From a virus (lineage: Duplodnaviria > Caudoviricetes): a stretch of DNA of 64,000 nt. The translations under genes and the position numbers were made by a program. Under the pieces are notes generated by a model. It had not been told where the DNA came from, searched no databases, and worked only from the letters and a program-made list of their open reading frames with translations. Where the stretch lies: IMG/VR virus record IMGVR_UViG_3300032007_001727. One strand, given 5' to 3'. Shown piece after piece: positions 10,330 through 21,051 of the stretch. Positions within the stretch are counted from its first letter, which is position 1; each line of letters opens with the position of its first letter.

Positions 10330-11517
10330 ATGAAACAACCCATTAAAAAGAAGGAATTTCAGAAGCCTAGCATTGCTAGCATAAAGGAGAAACTGAATTT
10401 AACAATTAAGTCAAGCGATGACTTGGTAATGTCTTCAGCAGACAAACCAATGGACTTCATACCACTACCACAAGCGTTTGCAGATGCCGTTAAGTTACCC
10501 GGCATCCCAAAAGGCTACTTAACCATCGTAACTGGGTGGTCAAACACCGGAAAATCCACAATAAAGAACTGTTTAATAGCATCTTGCATAAATAATGGGA
10601 TACTTCCGGTTATATATGAGACAGAGAATAACTTCGATTTTAACTATGCCATTGACTGTGGTGTTAAGGCAACCCCGGTGTATGGTGACATTGAAGTAGA
10701 AAATGTTGACACCGAGACCGGTGAGATTTATGTTGAGACAAGAAAGGAGATTATTGACTACGAGGGTGACTTCCTATACTACGACAGCAAGAAGTTGGCT
10801 AGGAATTTCGGACACATAGACCATTCGACCGGAAAAGAGGTAAAGACGCGCAGAAAGACGGCAGTGTTGGAGGATATTGCTTATTCAATGAACACAATTC
10901 TCGACATGCAAGAGAATGGAGACATTAGACAGCCAATATGTTTTATATGGGACTCCATAGGTTCCATCGGCTCCTATAAATCTTATACAAGCAAGACCGG
11001 AAACAATATGTTTGATGCCGGTGCCATAGCACAAGCATTTAACAGCATAATCAATGACCGCATCCCATCCTCAAAGAAAATCAGTGAGCCGTACACAAAC
11101 ACGTTTTTCTGTGTGAATAAGATATGGAATGACTCCATGAATTCAATGGGCGGGGTTCCATCCATAGAACTAAAAGGTGGAAAGACTATGTTCTATGGTG
11201 CTAGGCTTATCATTCATTTGGGTGGAATCGGAAAGGCTGCAACTAGGAAACTTGAGGCAACCGCAAAGGGCCAGAAGTATGAGTACGGAATCATAACAAA
11301 GATTAGGGTCACCAAGAATCAATTACCAACCCCTTATAACATCACGTATGAAGGTGAAATGGCTTGTGTACATAACGGTCTATGCTGCGTAGGTGACCTA
11401 GACGCTTATAAAAAGACGTATATGAAGACCTTCCTAAAGAAACTAGAGGAAGACCTAAATGGTGATACCGTAGGTGAGGATGACGTTAAATTTGCCGAGG
11501 AGGACACTAATGACTAA
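10330..11517 (+). CDS. recA: RecA/UvsX-like recombinase
   Basis: Walker A GWSNTGKS, YETEN, FIWDSIGS, KGGKTMFY, VTKNQL; next to SSB. Confidence 0.85.
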   Translation: MKQPIKKKEFQKPSIASIKEKLNLTIKSSDDLVMSSADKPMDFIPLPQAFADAVKLPGIPKGYLTIVTGWSNTGKSTIKNCLIASCINNGILPVIYETENNFDFNYAIDCGVKATPVYGDIEVENVDTETGEIYVETRKEIIDYEGDFLYYDSKKLARNFGHIDHSTGKEVKTRRKTAVLEDIAYSMNTILDMQENGDIRQPICFIWDSIGSIGSYKSYTSKTGNNMFDAGAIAQAFNSIINDRIPSSKKISEPYTNTFFCVNKIWNDSMNSMGGVPSIELKGGKTMFYGARLIIHLGGIGKAATRKLEATAKGQKYEYGIITKIRVTKNQLPTPYNITYEGEMACVHNGLCCVGDLDAYKKTYMKTFLKKLEEDLNGDTVGEDDVKFAEEDTND

Positions 11518-12494
11518 TGGGAAAAAAGATTGATACTCAAGAATTTATAAGAAGGTCTAGGCTTGTACACGGTGACAAGTATGACTATTCAAAGACAAAC
11601 TATGTTAGGGCAAAGGATAAAGTATGTATAATTTGCCCTAAACATGGTGAGTTTTGGCAATTTCCATTTAATCACTTCTATAATGGTGGCGGATGTAAGA
11701 AATGCGCGATGGAAGCACTGACCTCAAATAAGCCGAAGACACTTGAACAATTCATATCCGATGCAAGGAACGTACACGGCGACAAGTATGACTATTCAAA
11801 GGTCGAATACAAGGACTCAAAGACAAAGGTATGTATTATCTGTCCAAAACACGGTGAATTTTGGCAAACACCGGATGCCCACATAAATTTTAAATGCGGT
11901 TGTCAGAAATGCAAGAGTGAAAAAATAAAGGCGATTAAAAACAAAGGAATCAAAAAGTTCATCGAGGATGCTAGGGCCGTACATGGTGACAAGTATGACT
12001 ATTCAAAGGTTGAATATATCAATACCCATGAAAAGGTTTGCATAATATGTCCTACACACGGTGAGTTTTGGCAAGAGGCGAAACTTCATATCAATGGTTG
12101 CGGTTGTCCTAGTTGCGTAAACAGTATGTTGGAGAATTCGGTTGAAACGGCATTAAGGGAAAATAACATTCAATTTGAATTGAGGAAATATCACCCTTGG
12201 CTTTTAAACGAGAATACGAATTATCACTTGACACTTGATTTCTTCCTTCCAACACTGAATACCGCCATTGAATGCCAAGGAGAACAGCATTTTGTGCCGA
12301 TTGACTATTTCGGAGGACAAGAATCGTTCGAAAACACCGTGAAACGAGACAAGTTGAAAAAGAAACTATGCGATGAGAACGGAATATCACTATTATATTA
12401 TATGGATGAGAAATTCAATGAGTATATGAATGACGGTGACATATATTTCAACTCAATTGACGCTTTAATAAACTATCTGAAATCAAAGATGTGA
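11517..12494 (+). CDS. Free-standing homing endonuclease: three DUF723-like HGDKYDYS/CPKHGEF zinc repeats plus a PD-(D/E)XK (Vsr/DUF559-like) domain
   Basis: Repeats visible in the protein; LDFFLP...AIECQGEQH...RD..K..LC catalytic pattern; TAATG overlap with recA. Confidence 0.8.
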   Translation: MGKKIDTQEFIRRSRLVHGDKYDYSKTNYVRAKDKVCIICPKHGEFWQFPFNHFYNGGGCKKCAMEALTSNKPKTLEQFISDARNVHGDKYDYSKVEYKDSKTKVCIICPKHGEFWQTPDAHINFKCGCQKCKSEKIKAIKNKGIKKFIEDARAVHGDKYDYSKVEYINTHEKVCIICPTHGEFWQEAKLHINGCGCPSCVNSMLENSVETALRENNIQFELRKYHPWLLNENTNYHLTLDFFLPTLNTAIECQGEQHFVPIDYFGGQESFENTVKRDKLKKKLCDENGISLLYYMDEKFNEYMNDGDIYFNSIDALINYLKSKM

Positions 12495-12497
12495 TGT

Positions 12498-12731
12498 ATG
12501 GCAAACAAGATTAATTATTATTGGGCATGTGAGTTCGTCGACAAGGACGGAAATTCACAGTGGAGGCTGATTGCCGCAACAACGCCGCTTGGTGCCAAGA
12601 GAAGAGCGTTTGAGATTGGTTTCAACCGTAACTTGACACCAAAATATGAAACGATAAGAGTGGCAACTAGCAAGGAAATTTCTGATTTGAAGAAGAAAAT
12701 AAAGGAAAAGGTAAAAAAGCGCGACATTTGA
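12498..12731 (+). CDS. Hypothetical protein
   Basis: 77-aa co-oriented ORF. Confidence 0.6.
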   Translation: MANKINYYWACEFVDKDGNSQWRLIAATTPLGAKRRAFEIGFNRNLTPKYETIRVATSKEISDLKKKIKEKVKKRDI

Positions 12732-12741
12732 TTGCGCTTTT

Positions 12742-12774
12742 TTTGTTTTTTTAACATTTTTTATATATATTTGC
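12742..12774 (+). promoter_or_regulatory. Bacteroidota -33/-7 promoter
   Basis: TTTG 12742, TATATTTG 12766. Confidence 0.75.
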
Positions 12775-12799
12775 AAAAAATTAATTAAAACATTAGGTT

Positions 12800-13249
12800 A
12801 TGGAAGTTACATGTAAGTTTTTTAAAGTTAAATCATTCGGTGATGATACGTTCTTTGTGGATTCCGTTATTCCGTCAATTGACTTGGCTATCCGAGAACT
12901 TGAGGGAATCTTGGCCAAGGAGTTATATTGTTCGCATTTTGATGAGGACGGGGTGGAGATTGAGGAGCCTGACATTAACTATGAGAATGTGTTTTGTGAG
13001 GCTTTTGACTTGGCGTTTGGTGGGAACAATATCATAACGCCTAGCATACCAAAGATGATATTGAACGGAATAGTCAATGATGACATAAAAGAATATGAAT
13101 TAATCGACATAACGGATGAAATCGTTAAAAAGTTTTTCGAAAAGGTGAACATTAAGGAGATTGAGGAATTTATATTGACACATGATGAAGATGAAATTGC
13201 TGAAAGATATAGTGCCGATAAGCGACATATTGAACAGTTTTGGTGGTGA
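12800..13249 (+). CDS. Hypothetical acidic protein
   Basis: 149-aa ORF after promoter. Confidence 0.65.
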   Translation: MEVTCKFFKVKSFGDDTFFVDSVIPSIDLAIRELEGILAKELYCSHFDEDGVEIEEPDINYENVFCEAFDLAFGGNNIITPSIPKMILNGIVNDDIKEYELIDITDEIVKKFFEKVNIKEIEEFILTHDEDEIAERYSADKRHIEQFWW

Positions 13250-13296
13250 TTTATGATAGGTTAATAATGTTTCAAAACGTTAAAATATTGATTTGA

Positions 13297-14007
13297 ATGA
13301 GCAAGATTGTACTTGAATCGAAGGTGGACGCGGATGATTATTGCGAGTACCTTTTTAATAATTATGACATTACACTTAAGGATAAGACTAGGACTGAGGT
13401 TCCGCTGCCGTCCAAAGAGGACATTGATGAAATGAACTCGAGCCATTGGAACATAATGCTCATATGTGGGAACAGCGGGAGCGGGAAGTCAACGATATTG
13501 AAGGAGGCGTTCGGCGGCGTGAAGCCGATTGAGTATGACGAGAGCAAGGCAGTAATAAGCCAATTTTCCGGGTTTACCGTGGATGAGACTTGTGACTTGT
13601 TGTTCAGTGTTGGATTGGCTTCCGTACCGGCATGGCTGAGAAAACCGCACGAACTATCAAACGGTGAAAAGGCTAGATTGGATTTATGCAAGGCCATTTA
13701 TGATGCCAAGGGGCGTGAATTGGTTGTCATTGATGAGTTTACCTCCGTCGTAAACCGTTCTTGTGCAAAGTCAATGAGTTTCGCCTTGCAGAGATACGCA
13801 AGGCAGAAGGACCTCAAATTTGTTATTGCGTCATGTCATTTCGACATTATCCCGTGGTTGCAGCCGGACTATGTCTTCAACTTGAACCATGTTGATGGGA
13901 ACGGTGACGTTGAGTTGGAAAAAATGGTCTACAGTGACGATGACGAGTATGTTACGGGTCAAAGTGTGTTGGATGAGCAAATATTAACTAAAGCAATGGA
14001 AATTTAA
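13297..14007 (+). CDS. Stand-alone ABC-type ATPase (no membrane partner)
   Basis: Walker A GNSGSGKST, signature LSNGE, Walker B VVIDE, H-loop SCH. Confidence 0.85.
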   Translation: MSKIVLESKVDADDYCEYLFNNYDITLKDKTRTEVPLPSKEDIDEMNSSHWNIMLICGNSGSGKSTILKEAFGGVKPIEYDESKAVISQFSGFTVDETCDLLFSVGLASVPAWLRKPHELSNGEKARLDLCKAIYDAKGRELVVIDEFTSVVNRSCAKSMSFALQRYARQKDLKFVIASCHFDIIPWLQPDYVFNLNHVDGNGDVELEKMVYSDDDEYVTGQSVLDEQILTKAMEI

Positions 14008-14009
14008 CC

Positions 14010-14171
14010 ATGAAAATGAATATTAACGAGGCGGTCAAGTTGCTTGACGGTCATAATAAATGGAGAAGAGGGGCCGATATTCCGATGGTTGACGCGAAAA
14101 AACTAGGAGAGGCCATAGACATTATTGTTGATTTTTTTAGAAACGAGGAAAATGGCAAACAAGATAATTGA
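14010..14171 (+). CDS. Small hypothetical protein, 53 aa (not in ORF track)
   Basis: MKMNINEAVKLLDGHNKWRRGADIPMVDAKKLGEAID... fills the gap between adjacent genes. Confidence 0.6.
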   Translation: MKMNINEAVKLLDGHNKWRRGADIPMVDAKKLGEAIDIIVDFFRNEENGKQDN

Positions 14172-14649
14172 AGAATATAAGAGAAAGAAGGAAAAGGAAT
14201 TGAAGGAGCATCCGGAAAGGTTTAAGCCACAATGGCCATATGAGTTATTCGGTGTTGAGTGCGGTGAGGGATGGAAACATCTGTATGAACCGATTACGGA
14301 GTACATTGAGAACTATAATAAGACACACGAGGATGAGCCGATTGAAATCCATCAGATTAAGGAGAAATTCGGTGGTTTAAGGTATTATACCAATTTCTAC
14401 ACCGAAGAATTGAGAAAAATGATTGATAAGGCGGAGGAGGAATCTTTCAAGACTTGTGAAGTGTGTGGAAAACACATTGACAAGCCAATCATTGAGAACC
14501 GTTGGGTCTATGCTGAATGCAATGAGTGTCACAATGAACGATTGGAAAGACGAAAAAAAGCCTTTGAAGAATTTAAGAGGAAGGTTGAGGAACATAAAAA
14601 TGAAGAAAGTGTACATAAGTCACAAGAAGGGGGAACGACCGGAGATTAA
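14152..14649 (+). CDS. Hypothetical phage protein with C-terminal zinc finger
   Basis: ECGEGW...QIKEKFGGLRYY...CEVCG...CNEC. Confidence 0.7.
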   Translation: MANKIIEEYKRKKEKELKEHPERFKPQWPYELFGVECGEGWKHLYEPITEYIENYNKTHEDEPIEIHQIKEKFGGLRYYTNFYTEELRKMIDKAEEESFKTCEVCGKHIDKPIIENRWVYAECNECHNERLERRKKAFEEFKRKVEEHKNEESVHKSQEGGTTGD

Positions 14650-15178
14650 ACTTACCGTCAAGCGCGTTGAGTCAAGCGCGTGGTCAATTTTCAGTTCTCA
14701 TCACTATTTGAGCACAAAAATAAATAAGTCTTGCAAGTGTCTTTTGTTTGAATGGGAGGGCGTTCCGGTGGCATTTGCTGCAATACTTAACACACCTAGA
14801 AAAGGGGTACCATATGGATGTTCGTTATCAAGGCTCGTTGTGCTTCCGGACTTTCAAGGTTTGGGATTGAGCACACGCATATTTAATTTCTGCGGCGGAA
14901 TCGTCAAGTCACTTAGCGATGAGGAACGTGACTACAGAATGTACATTAAGGTCGGATATAAGAAATTCGGGGAAGCGTTGGATAGAAACCCCAACGTGAG
15001 GTCTACCCAATTTGATGGTAAGGGTAGGAGGAGGCAAGATTTTGACACGAATAAATATGCTAACCGCATGGAGAGGGTTTCCTATTGTAAGGAATATATC
15101 GGGGAGAGTATAAGCGGCTATGAGGATTTGCTTAAACCAATTAAGGAATTAAGAGAATATAAAAAAATAAGTTTATGA
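14600..15178 (+). CDS. GNAT-fold acetyltransferase (Mom-like?)
   Basis: HHYL and SRLVVLPDFQGLGLS acetyl-CoA binding motif; start placed at ATG 14600. Confidence 0.75.
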   Translation: MKKVYISHKKGERPEIKLTVKRVESSAWSIFSSHHYLSTKINKSCKCLLFEWEGVPVAFAAILNTPRKGVPYGCSLSRLVVLPDFQGLGLSTRIFNFCGGIVKSLSDEERDYRMYIKVGYKKFGEALDRNPNVRSTQFDGKGRRRQDFDTNKYANRMERVSYCKEYIGESISGYEDLLKPIKELREYKKISL

Positions 15179-16314
15179 AGCAAGTGACAAGACAAAGACA
15201 GAAGGATGATACTAAGTTTTCCTTGGTGGTAGACGGCAATAATCTTCTAAAGATTTCTCTTGTTAACGATACAATGAACAGCAAGGGAGAGGAATATGGT
15301 GCGGTTATTTCGTTTCTGAGAATGTTGGGCAATGTCCTAAAGAAGAAGGATTTTGACTATTGCGTTGTCGCATGGGACGGTGAAGGCTCCGGTGTCTTGC
15401 GTTGGCAGATTTATGAGGACTATAAGGCAAACAGAGGCAAGAAATATTGGGAGTATGACCCGAACCTAAGCGAATATTCTGAAAGATTAGTCAAGTATCA
15501 GCAAGCACTGATGAAATATTCAAAATTAAAGAAAGGTGTCGAGGATGAGGATATTTCCTTTGAGAGACAAAGAGCCATCATAAGGTCCATATTGGAGGAA
15601 CTGTGCATAAGACAGTACGTATTTGACAAAGTCGAGGGTGATGATATAATCGCGTATTATGTTAAGCATAAGAAGGAGAATGAGAAAGTTGTCATAATGT
15701 CATCGGACAAGGACTTGACACAGTTGATATCGGATTCCGTAATCATATATAACCCTAGGATAAGGGATTTCATCACAAAGGACAATTCGGTGGAAAGGAT
15801 TGGCATAACCCATCAGAACGTTGTGCTTGAGAAGATTCTTTGCGGTGATTCTTCAGATAATATAAAGGGCGTAAAGGGATTGGGTGAAGCAACCCTTATT
15901 AAACTCTTTCCTTTTATAAAGGATGAAAAAACCGATTTAAAGGCCATATTGGAGCGTTCAAGGTCTTTGTTGGAGGAGAGGGCACAGAACAAGAAAAAGC
16001 CCCTCAAAGCGCTTGAAAACATAGTTAACGGGGTCACTGACGGGTGCCAAGGTGAGAAACTGTATGAGATTAATAAGAAGATAATAGATTTGTCTGAGCC
16101 GTTATTGACAAAAGATGCCGAAGAATCCCTCAAGAACGAATTATATGGCATTATGGACACCTCAGACCGTACAATAAAGAATGTGTATTCAATCATAAGG
16201 GATAACGATATGTCCGAATTGTTTGACGAAAGCAAATTCAGTGAAATATTTTCATCTTATGAGAGGATAAGGATGATGGAGGAGAGAAGGTTTAAAGAAT
16301 ATTCTAAAAAATAA
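15175..16314 (+). CDS. 5'-3' exonuclease / flap endonuclease (PolI N-terminal, T4 RNase H-like)
   Basis: VDGNN, WDG, YKANR, EGDDII, SSDKDLTQL, GDSSDNIKGVKGLGE (H3TH). Confidence 0.92.
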   Translation: MKQVTRQRQKDDTKFSLVVDGNNLLKISLVNDTMNSKGEEYGAVISFLRMLGNVLKKKDFDYCVVAWDGEGSGVLRWQIYEDYKANRGKKYWEYDPNLSEYSERLVKYQQALMKYSKLKKGVEDEDISFERQRAIIRSILEELCIRQYVFDKVEGDDIIAYYVKHKKENEKVVIMSSDKDLTQLISDSVIIYNPRIRDFITKDNSVERIGITHQNVVLEKILCGDSSDNIKGVKGLGEATLIKLFPFIKDEKTDLKAILERSRSLLEERAQNKKKPLKALENIVNGVTDGCQGEKLYEINKKIIDLSEPLLTKDAEESLKNELYGIMDTSDRTIKNVYSIIRDNDMSELFDESKFSEIFSSYERIRMMEERRFKEYSKK

Positions 16315-16325
16315 TTTACAATTCC

Positions 16326-16358
16326 CTTGTATTTTAACATTTTTTTATATATATTTGC
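16326..16358 (+). promoter_or_regulatory. Bacteroidota -33/-7 promoter
   Basis: (C)TTG 16326, TATATTTG 16350. Confidence 0.65.
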
Positions 16359-16411
16359 ATTAGTTTAACGATTTTTAACTATTTTATGTTTAACTTTTAA
16401 CAAAAATTAAT

Positions 16412-17218
16412 ATGGAAAACAAAGAAAAGGATTACAAAGAAGAGAGGTTTGAGTTTACCATTTATGTAAACGATAACATCATTTGTAAGAGGAACTTTAG
16501 GATTTACAACTACATTGAGAACAGTATGCAGTCCATAGAGTTCAAGGACAAGGTTGATGAGATTGTACGGATGATTGACAATGACTTGAAATCCAAGAGC
16601 CGTGTATACACTTGGTTCTACTACAATCCGGATGACTTGATTGAGGGTGATGAGTTCGATTCACCATTGATAGACCCTTGGGTTTGCACGTTTAAGATTG
16701 TTATCTCAGATAACAAGAATGACGTTATTACGAAAATTTGGGACGGATACGCCTACCCAAAGGCTGTGCGTGACAAAGTTGATTTAAGTAATAAGAACGT
16801 TAAGGTGATGAGTGACGGGCAGTTATACGTATATGACAAGGATAGTTTCTTCAAGGCAAATGAGGGTAGGCTTTCTTTTGAGCACGAACTCCTAAAGGCC
16901 ATGATTATGGACAAACAAGATGTTTTATTACAAATCACCAAGAAGATTTGCGAGGCTTGTTCACCTTCAAAGGATGAAATCAAGGAAGTGAACCAAAGGG
17001 GTCATTTCGATACAAGGGACAATACAAAATACTTGGTAATGAAATACACTTTGGTGGATGAATATGGAAATGACGAGGTAACCAAGAAGGCTACCGGGGA
17101 AAAGTTAAAGCCAAAGAGGTATGCTTATAGTTTGCAGTTGGCAAATAAGAAATTAGAGAAGGATTGGGAGAAATATACACAGAAGAAGACTGCGAAATAT
17201 TTGAAGGAATGGTTTTAG
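16412..17218 (+). CDS. Hypothetical protein upstream of the helicase
   Basis: 268-aa ORF. Confidence 0.7.
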   Translation: MENKEKDYKEERFEFTIYVNDNIICKRNFRIYNYIENSMQSIEFKDKVDEIVRMIDNDLKSKSRVYTWFYYNPDDLIEGDEFDSPLIDPWVCTFKIVISDNKNDVITKIWDGYAYPKAVRDKVDLSNKNVKVMSDGQLYVYDKDSFFKANEGRLSFEHELLKAMIMDKQDVLLQITKKICEACSPSKDEIKEVNQRGHFDTRDNTKYLVMKYTLVDEYGNDEVTKKATGEKLKPKRYAYSLQLANKKLEKDWEKYTQKKTAKYLKEWF

Positions 17219-17241
17219 GTTTAATTTTTTAAAAGTGTGTT

Positions 17242-18645
17242 ATGACTCAGAAAAGAAATGACTTAGGTTATCTTGGTGAAGAATTCCAATACCGCTTGAC
17301 ACACGAGTTCATGGAAAACCACACTTTTTTCGAAGACCTAAACTGTATCGTTGACCAAAATATGTTCACTGACCCCAACCTTAAGGTCTTTATCGGTGTT
17401 ATGAAGAATTATTACAACACAAACGGTGTTGTGCCTTCATATGAAATGATGGACGTTGAGTTGAGGAACACGTCACATTCTGAAAAGGAATTGGAAACCT
17501 TTGTCGCCGTATTGGAAAAGGTACGCAATACCAAGGAGGACGGGTCAGAGAGGATAATGGAGTTGGCCGAGAAGTTCTTCAGACAGCAGAATATCGTCAA
17601 GACCGCTAACGAAATACTTAAAGTGGCTAGCAACGGTGACATCAATGAATACGAGAAATGTGTCAACTTGTTGAATGATGCCATGACGAAGGGCGTTCAC
17701 AATGATTTCGGTGAATGCGTATTTGACCACATAGATGAGGTGTTGTCGGATGATTACCGTGAGCCTATTCCAACCGGAATTGATAAAATAGACGAGACAC
17801 TAGAAGGTGGGTTGGCAAAGGGTGAATTGGGTGTGATTATAGCACCTAGCGGCATCGGAAAGTCATCATTGACCACTGCAATGGCATCACATGCAGCCTT
17901 AAGCGGCAAGAAGGTGTTGCAGATAATCTTTGAGGACCGAATAAAGCAGATTCAGAGGAAGCACATCGGAAGACTTGCGAATATCGAGGCAAAGGACTTA
18001 TCAAAGAAGGAGAATATCGATAAAGTTAGGGAAGTCATTGCCAAATACGAGGCAGACGGAAAACTTCAGAATAACCTTAGGATTGTCAAGTTCCCTAGCG
18101 GAGAGAAGACCGCAAGACAGATAAAGTCCTTCATACAAAAACTCTCAAATAGCGGATTTAAGCCGGATTTGGTCATAATAGACTATTTCGAGTGTCTTGC
18201 ACATGAGCCGGACAAGGATTCGTCGAATGAATTTGAGAAAGAGGGAAAGACAATGAGGTTCTTTGAGGCAATGGTCGGTGAATTGAACATCGCGCTGTGG
18301 ATTCCTTCACAAGGAACGAAGGACTCGATAAACCTAGAGTTGATTACGATGGATAAGATTGGCGGTTCGGTCAAGAAGGCTCAGATTGCACATATAATAT
18401 TGTCAATTGCTAGGACTGTGGAGGATATTTCAAACAACAAGGCAACGATTGCAATACTTAAGAACCGTGCCGGTGCTAGCGGAAAGATATTCAACAATGT
18501 AGGCTTTAACAACGGAACATGCCGCATTACAACCGACAATGTTGACGAATCTGACAGTTTATTTGAACTTCAAAAGAAAAAAGAGGACAATAGGGCACTA
18601 GTTGCTGCTGAAATTTTTAAGAGCACTCGTGAAGGAAAAAAATAA
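17242..18645 (+). CDS. dnaB: Replicative DNA helicase, DnaB/gp41-like
   Basis: IPTGI..ID..L.GGL..GEL, APSGIGKS Walker A, VIIDY, SQ, LKNR. Confidence 0.9.
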   Translation: MTQKRNDLGYLGEEFQYRLTHEFMENHTFFEDLNCIVDQNMFTDPNLKVFIGVMKNYYNTNGVVPSYEMMDVELRNTSHSEKELETFVAVLEKVRNTKEDGSERIMELAEKFFRQQNIVKTANEILKVASNGDINEYEKCVNLLNDAMTKGVHNDFGECVFDHIDEVLSDDYREPIPTGIDKIDETLEGGLAKGELGVIIAPSGIGKSSLTTAMASHAALSGKKVLQIIFEDRIKQIQRKHIGRLANIEAKDLSKKENIDKVREVIAKYEADGKLQNNLRIVKFPSGEKTARQIKSFIQKLSNSGFKPDLVIIDYFECLAHEPDKDSSNEFEKEGKTMRFFEAMVGELNIALWIPSQGTKDSINLELITMDKIGGSVKKAQIAHIILSIARTVEDISNNKATIAILKNRAGASGKIFNNVGFNNGTCRITTDNVDESDSLFELQKKKEDNRALVAAEIFKSTREGKK

Positions 18646-18668
18646 AAAAAAAATTATGTTTGTACTCA

Positions 18669-18710
18669 TTGGGCTATCAGTGGGTTTTCGACCGATAGCC
18701 CCAATTTTTT
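18669..18710 (+). terminator. Intrinsic terminator after the helicase
   Basis: gggctatc...gatagccc stem followed by a T-tract. Confidence 0.7.
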
Positions 18711-18831
18711 GAATTTTTTATGTTGAATTTTATATGATTTGGTTATATTTATTTTTGACATCAGATGTAAAAGAAAATAAAAAAATGGTTAACCGAATCA
18801 ATAAAAAAATTAATTTACAACACTATTTGTT

Positions 18832-21039
18832 ATGGCAAAAATCAATGATGATTTACTGAAATATTTTGATGGCGATGAAATGGCATCAAATGTTTGGCTG
18901 AATAAATATGCAATGAGGGATGAAAACGGTGAATTAATAGAATCGACCCCGGATGACATGCATAGAAGAATGGCAAAGTACTTTGCCGATGTTGAGGAAA
19001 AGTATGAGTTTAACGAAGAGGAAAACGTTAAACTGAAATTGAGTGAATATGGCTACAACAGAGGCAAACTTACCGAAGAAAAAATCTATTCTCTTTTCAA
19101 GGACTTTAAATATATTGTTCCGGGCGGTTCTGTCATGTGTGGTTTAGGCTCACCGCTAGCAATTAGCCTCTCTAATTGCTGGGTAATTGATGGTCCAGGT
19201 GACAGTATAGATGACATCTTTAGGGTTTGCAATGAACAGTCTCAGTTGTTTAAGAGAAGAGGTGGAAACGGGTTCGATATATCGAAGTTGAGACCAAAGG
19301 GTGCGAAGGTAAGCAATTCTGCAAAATATTCCACCGGTGCCGTATCCTTCATGGACTTGTTCAGCAACGTGACAAATACCATCGCCCAAAGCGGAAGAAG
19401 GGGTGCCCTTATGCTTTCAATGCACGTGGAACATCCGGATGCGGAGGAGTTTATTGAGAAGAAGCAAGACCTTTCAAAGGTTACCGGTGCAAATATCTCG
19501 TTGCAGATAGGTGATGACTTTATGAATGCCGTGGAGAATGATGAGGACTTTATTCAGAGGTGGCCAATCACTTGTGAGGTCAACGTTGACCCTAGTTGGG
19601 AATATGACACCTTGTACGAGTCCAAGGATTCGAACGGTAAGACTTGCTATTTCAAGAAGGTAAAGGCGAAGAGGTTGTGGGATAAATTAATCCATTGTGC
19701 TTGGAATACGGCCGAACCCGGCATCATCTTCAAGACAAACCACTATGAATATTCACCGGACGGTGTGTATGATGAATTCCGTGGCAGTTCCACGAATCCG
19801 TGTGGAGAGATTTTTATGCATGAGGATTCTTGCAGACTCATCCACGTAAACCTTTCTTCTTTTATTGATGACGAGTATTCTGAGAATGCAAAGGTGAACG
19901 ACGAGAAGTTGTATGAAGTGTTCTATGAGGCCACTAGGTTAGGTGATGATTTGGTTGATTTGGAAAGGGATGCCATTACAAAGATTCTCAATAAGATTGA
20001 AAAAGACGGTGACAAGAATAATAATGAATATAAACTGTATAGCCGCTTACTTAAGAATACATTAGCCGGAAGAAGGTGCGGCGTTGGATTCTTCGGATTG
20101 GCTGACGCTGTCGCAAAATTGGGCTTTAAGTTTGATTCTGATGAGAGCCTTAAGGCAATTAACCATATGATGAGGATTATGTTCGTTGCAGAAATTGACT
20201 CAGAGATTGACATGTCAATCACAAGGGGTAGTTTCCCGAACTATAATCCGGAATTGGAGAAGGCCGGAAACAGATGGTATAACCACTTGAAGGATGATTT
20301 CAAGCACTTATACGACAGAATGATGAAATATGGCAGGAGAAACGTATCATTCAGTACGGCAGCACCTACCGGTTCTGTTGCGATGCTTGCACACTGCTCT
20401 AGCGGTATAGAACCCATATTTATGCCATTCTACACAAGGAGGGTTAAATGCACGACACCAAACGACAAGGTTGACTTTGTTGACAAGGACGGTGAGAAGT
20501 TCACGGAATATATTACGGTACACCATCCTTTGGAAGAGTGGGCAAAGAACACATTGAACGTCGATACAAGCGAATTGAAGGTAAAGGATTGGCAAGACAT
20601 ATATGAGAAGTCACCTTGGTATAAGTCAACCGCAAACGATATCGATTGGGTAAAACGTGTTAAAATCCAAGCAATATGCCAGTGCTATGTGACACATAGC
20701 ATTTCTAGTTGCGTTGTTAAAGATACATTCATTGAACTTGAAAATGGCGGCTACGCATATATTGATGAGTTATGTGACTTTTCAGCCATAAACGAAGGGG
20801 AATTTAAGGATAACACATCGTTTGAAACATTGGTTAAGACTTGTGACGGAACTAATAATAGGATTAAGTCATTCTACAATAACGGAGTAAAAGATGTGTT
20901 TGAGTTAAAACTTACGAATGGGTTATCAGTCGAGACCACGTCAAATGAACGTTTCATGGTCTATAACGATGAAAAATCAGAATTTGATTGGAAATATCTT
21001 TATGATATTAAAGAGGGTGACATAATAAAAATTCAATAA
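18832..21039 (+). CDS. nrdJ: Class II (B12-dependent) ribonucleotide reductase, N-terminal part fused to an N-intein (intein 20710-21039)
   Basis: SNCWV, RRGA, AEPG, TNPCGE, APTGS, SSGIEP; HSISS|CVVKDT junction; Hint blocks A/B; then a stop codon. Confidence 0.9.
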   Translation: MAKINDDLLKYFDGDEMASNVWLNKYAMRDENGELIESTPDDMHRRMAKYFADVEEKYEFNEEENVKLKLSEYGYNRGKLTEEKIYSLFKDFKYIVPGGSVMCGLGSPLAISLSNCWVIDGPGDSIDDIFRVCNEQSQLFKRRGGNGFDISKLRPKGAKVSNSAKYSTGAVSFMDLFSNVTNTIAQSGRRGALMLSMHVEHPDAEEFIEKKQDLSKVTGANISLQIGDDFMNAVENDEDFIQRWPITCEVNVDPSWEYDTLYESKDSNGKTCYFKKVKAKRLWDKLIHCAWNTAEPGIIFKTNHYEYSPDGVYDEFRGSSTNPCGEIFMHEDSCRLIHVNLSSFIDDEYSENAKVNDEKLYEVFYEATRLGDDLVDLERDAITKILNKIEKDGDKNNNEYKLYSRLLKNTLAGRRCGVGFFGLADAVAKLGFKFDSDESLKAINHMMRIMFVAEIDSEIDMSITRGSFPNYNPELEKAGNRWYNHLKDDFKHLYDRMMKYGRRNVSFSTAAPTGSVAMLAHCSSGIEPIFMPFYTRRVKCTTPNDKVDFVDKDGEKFTEYITVHHPLEEWAKNTLNVDTSELKVKDWQDIYEKSPWYKSTANDIDWVKRVKIQAICQCYVTHSISSCVVKDTFIELENGGYAYIDELCDFSAINEGEFKDNTSFETLVKTCDGTNNRIKSFYNNGVKDVFELKLTNGLSVETTSNERFMVYNDEKSEFDWKYLYDIKEGDIIKIQ

Positions 21040-21051
21040 TTCTTTAAAAAA

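Noticed and set aside
13297-14007. ABC transporter
   Set aside because: No permease or substrate-binding gene nearby; treated as a soluble ATPase
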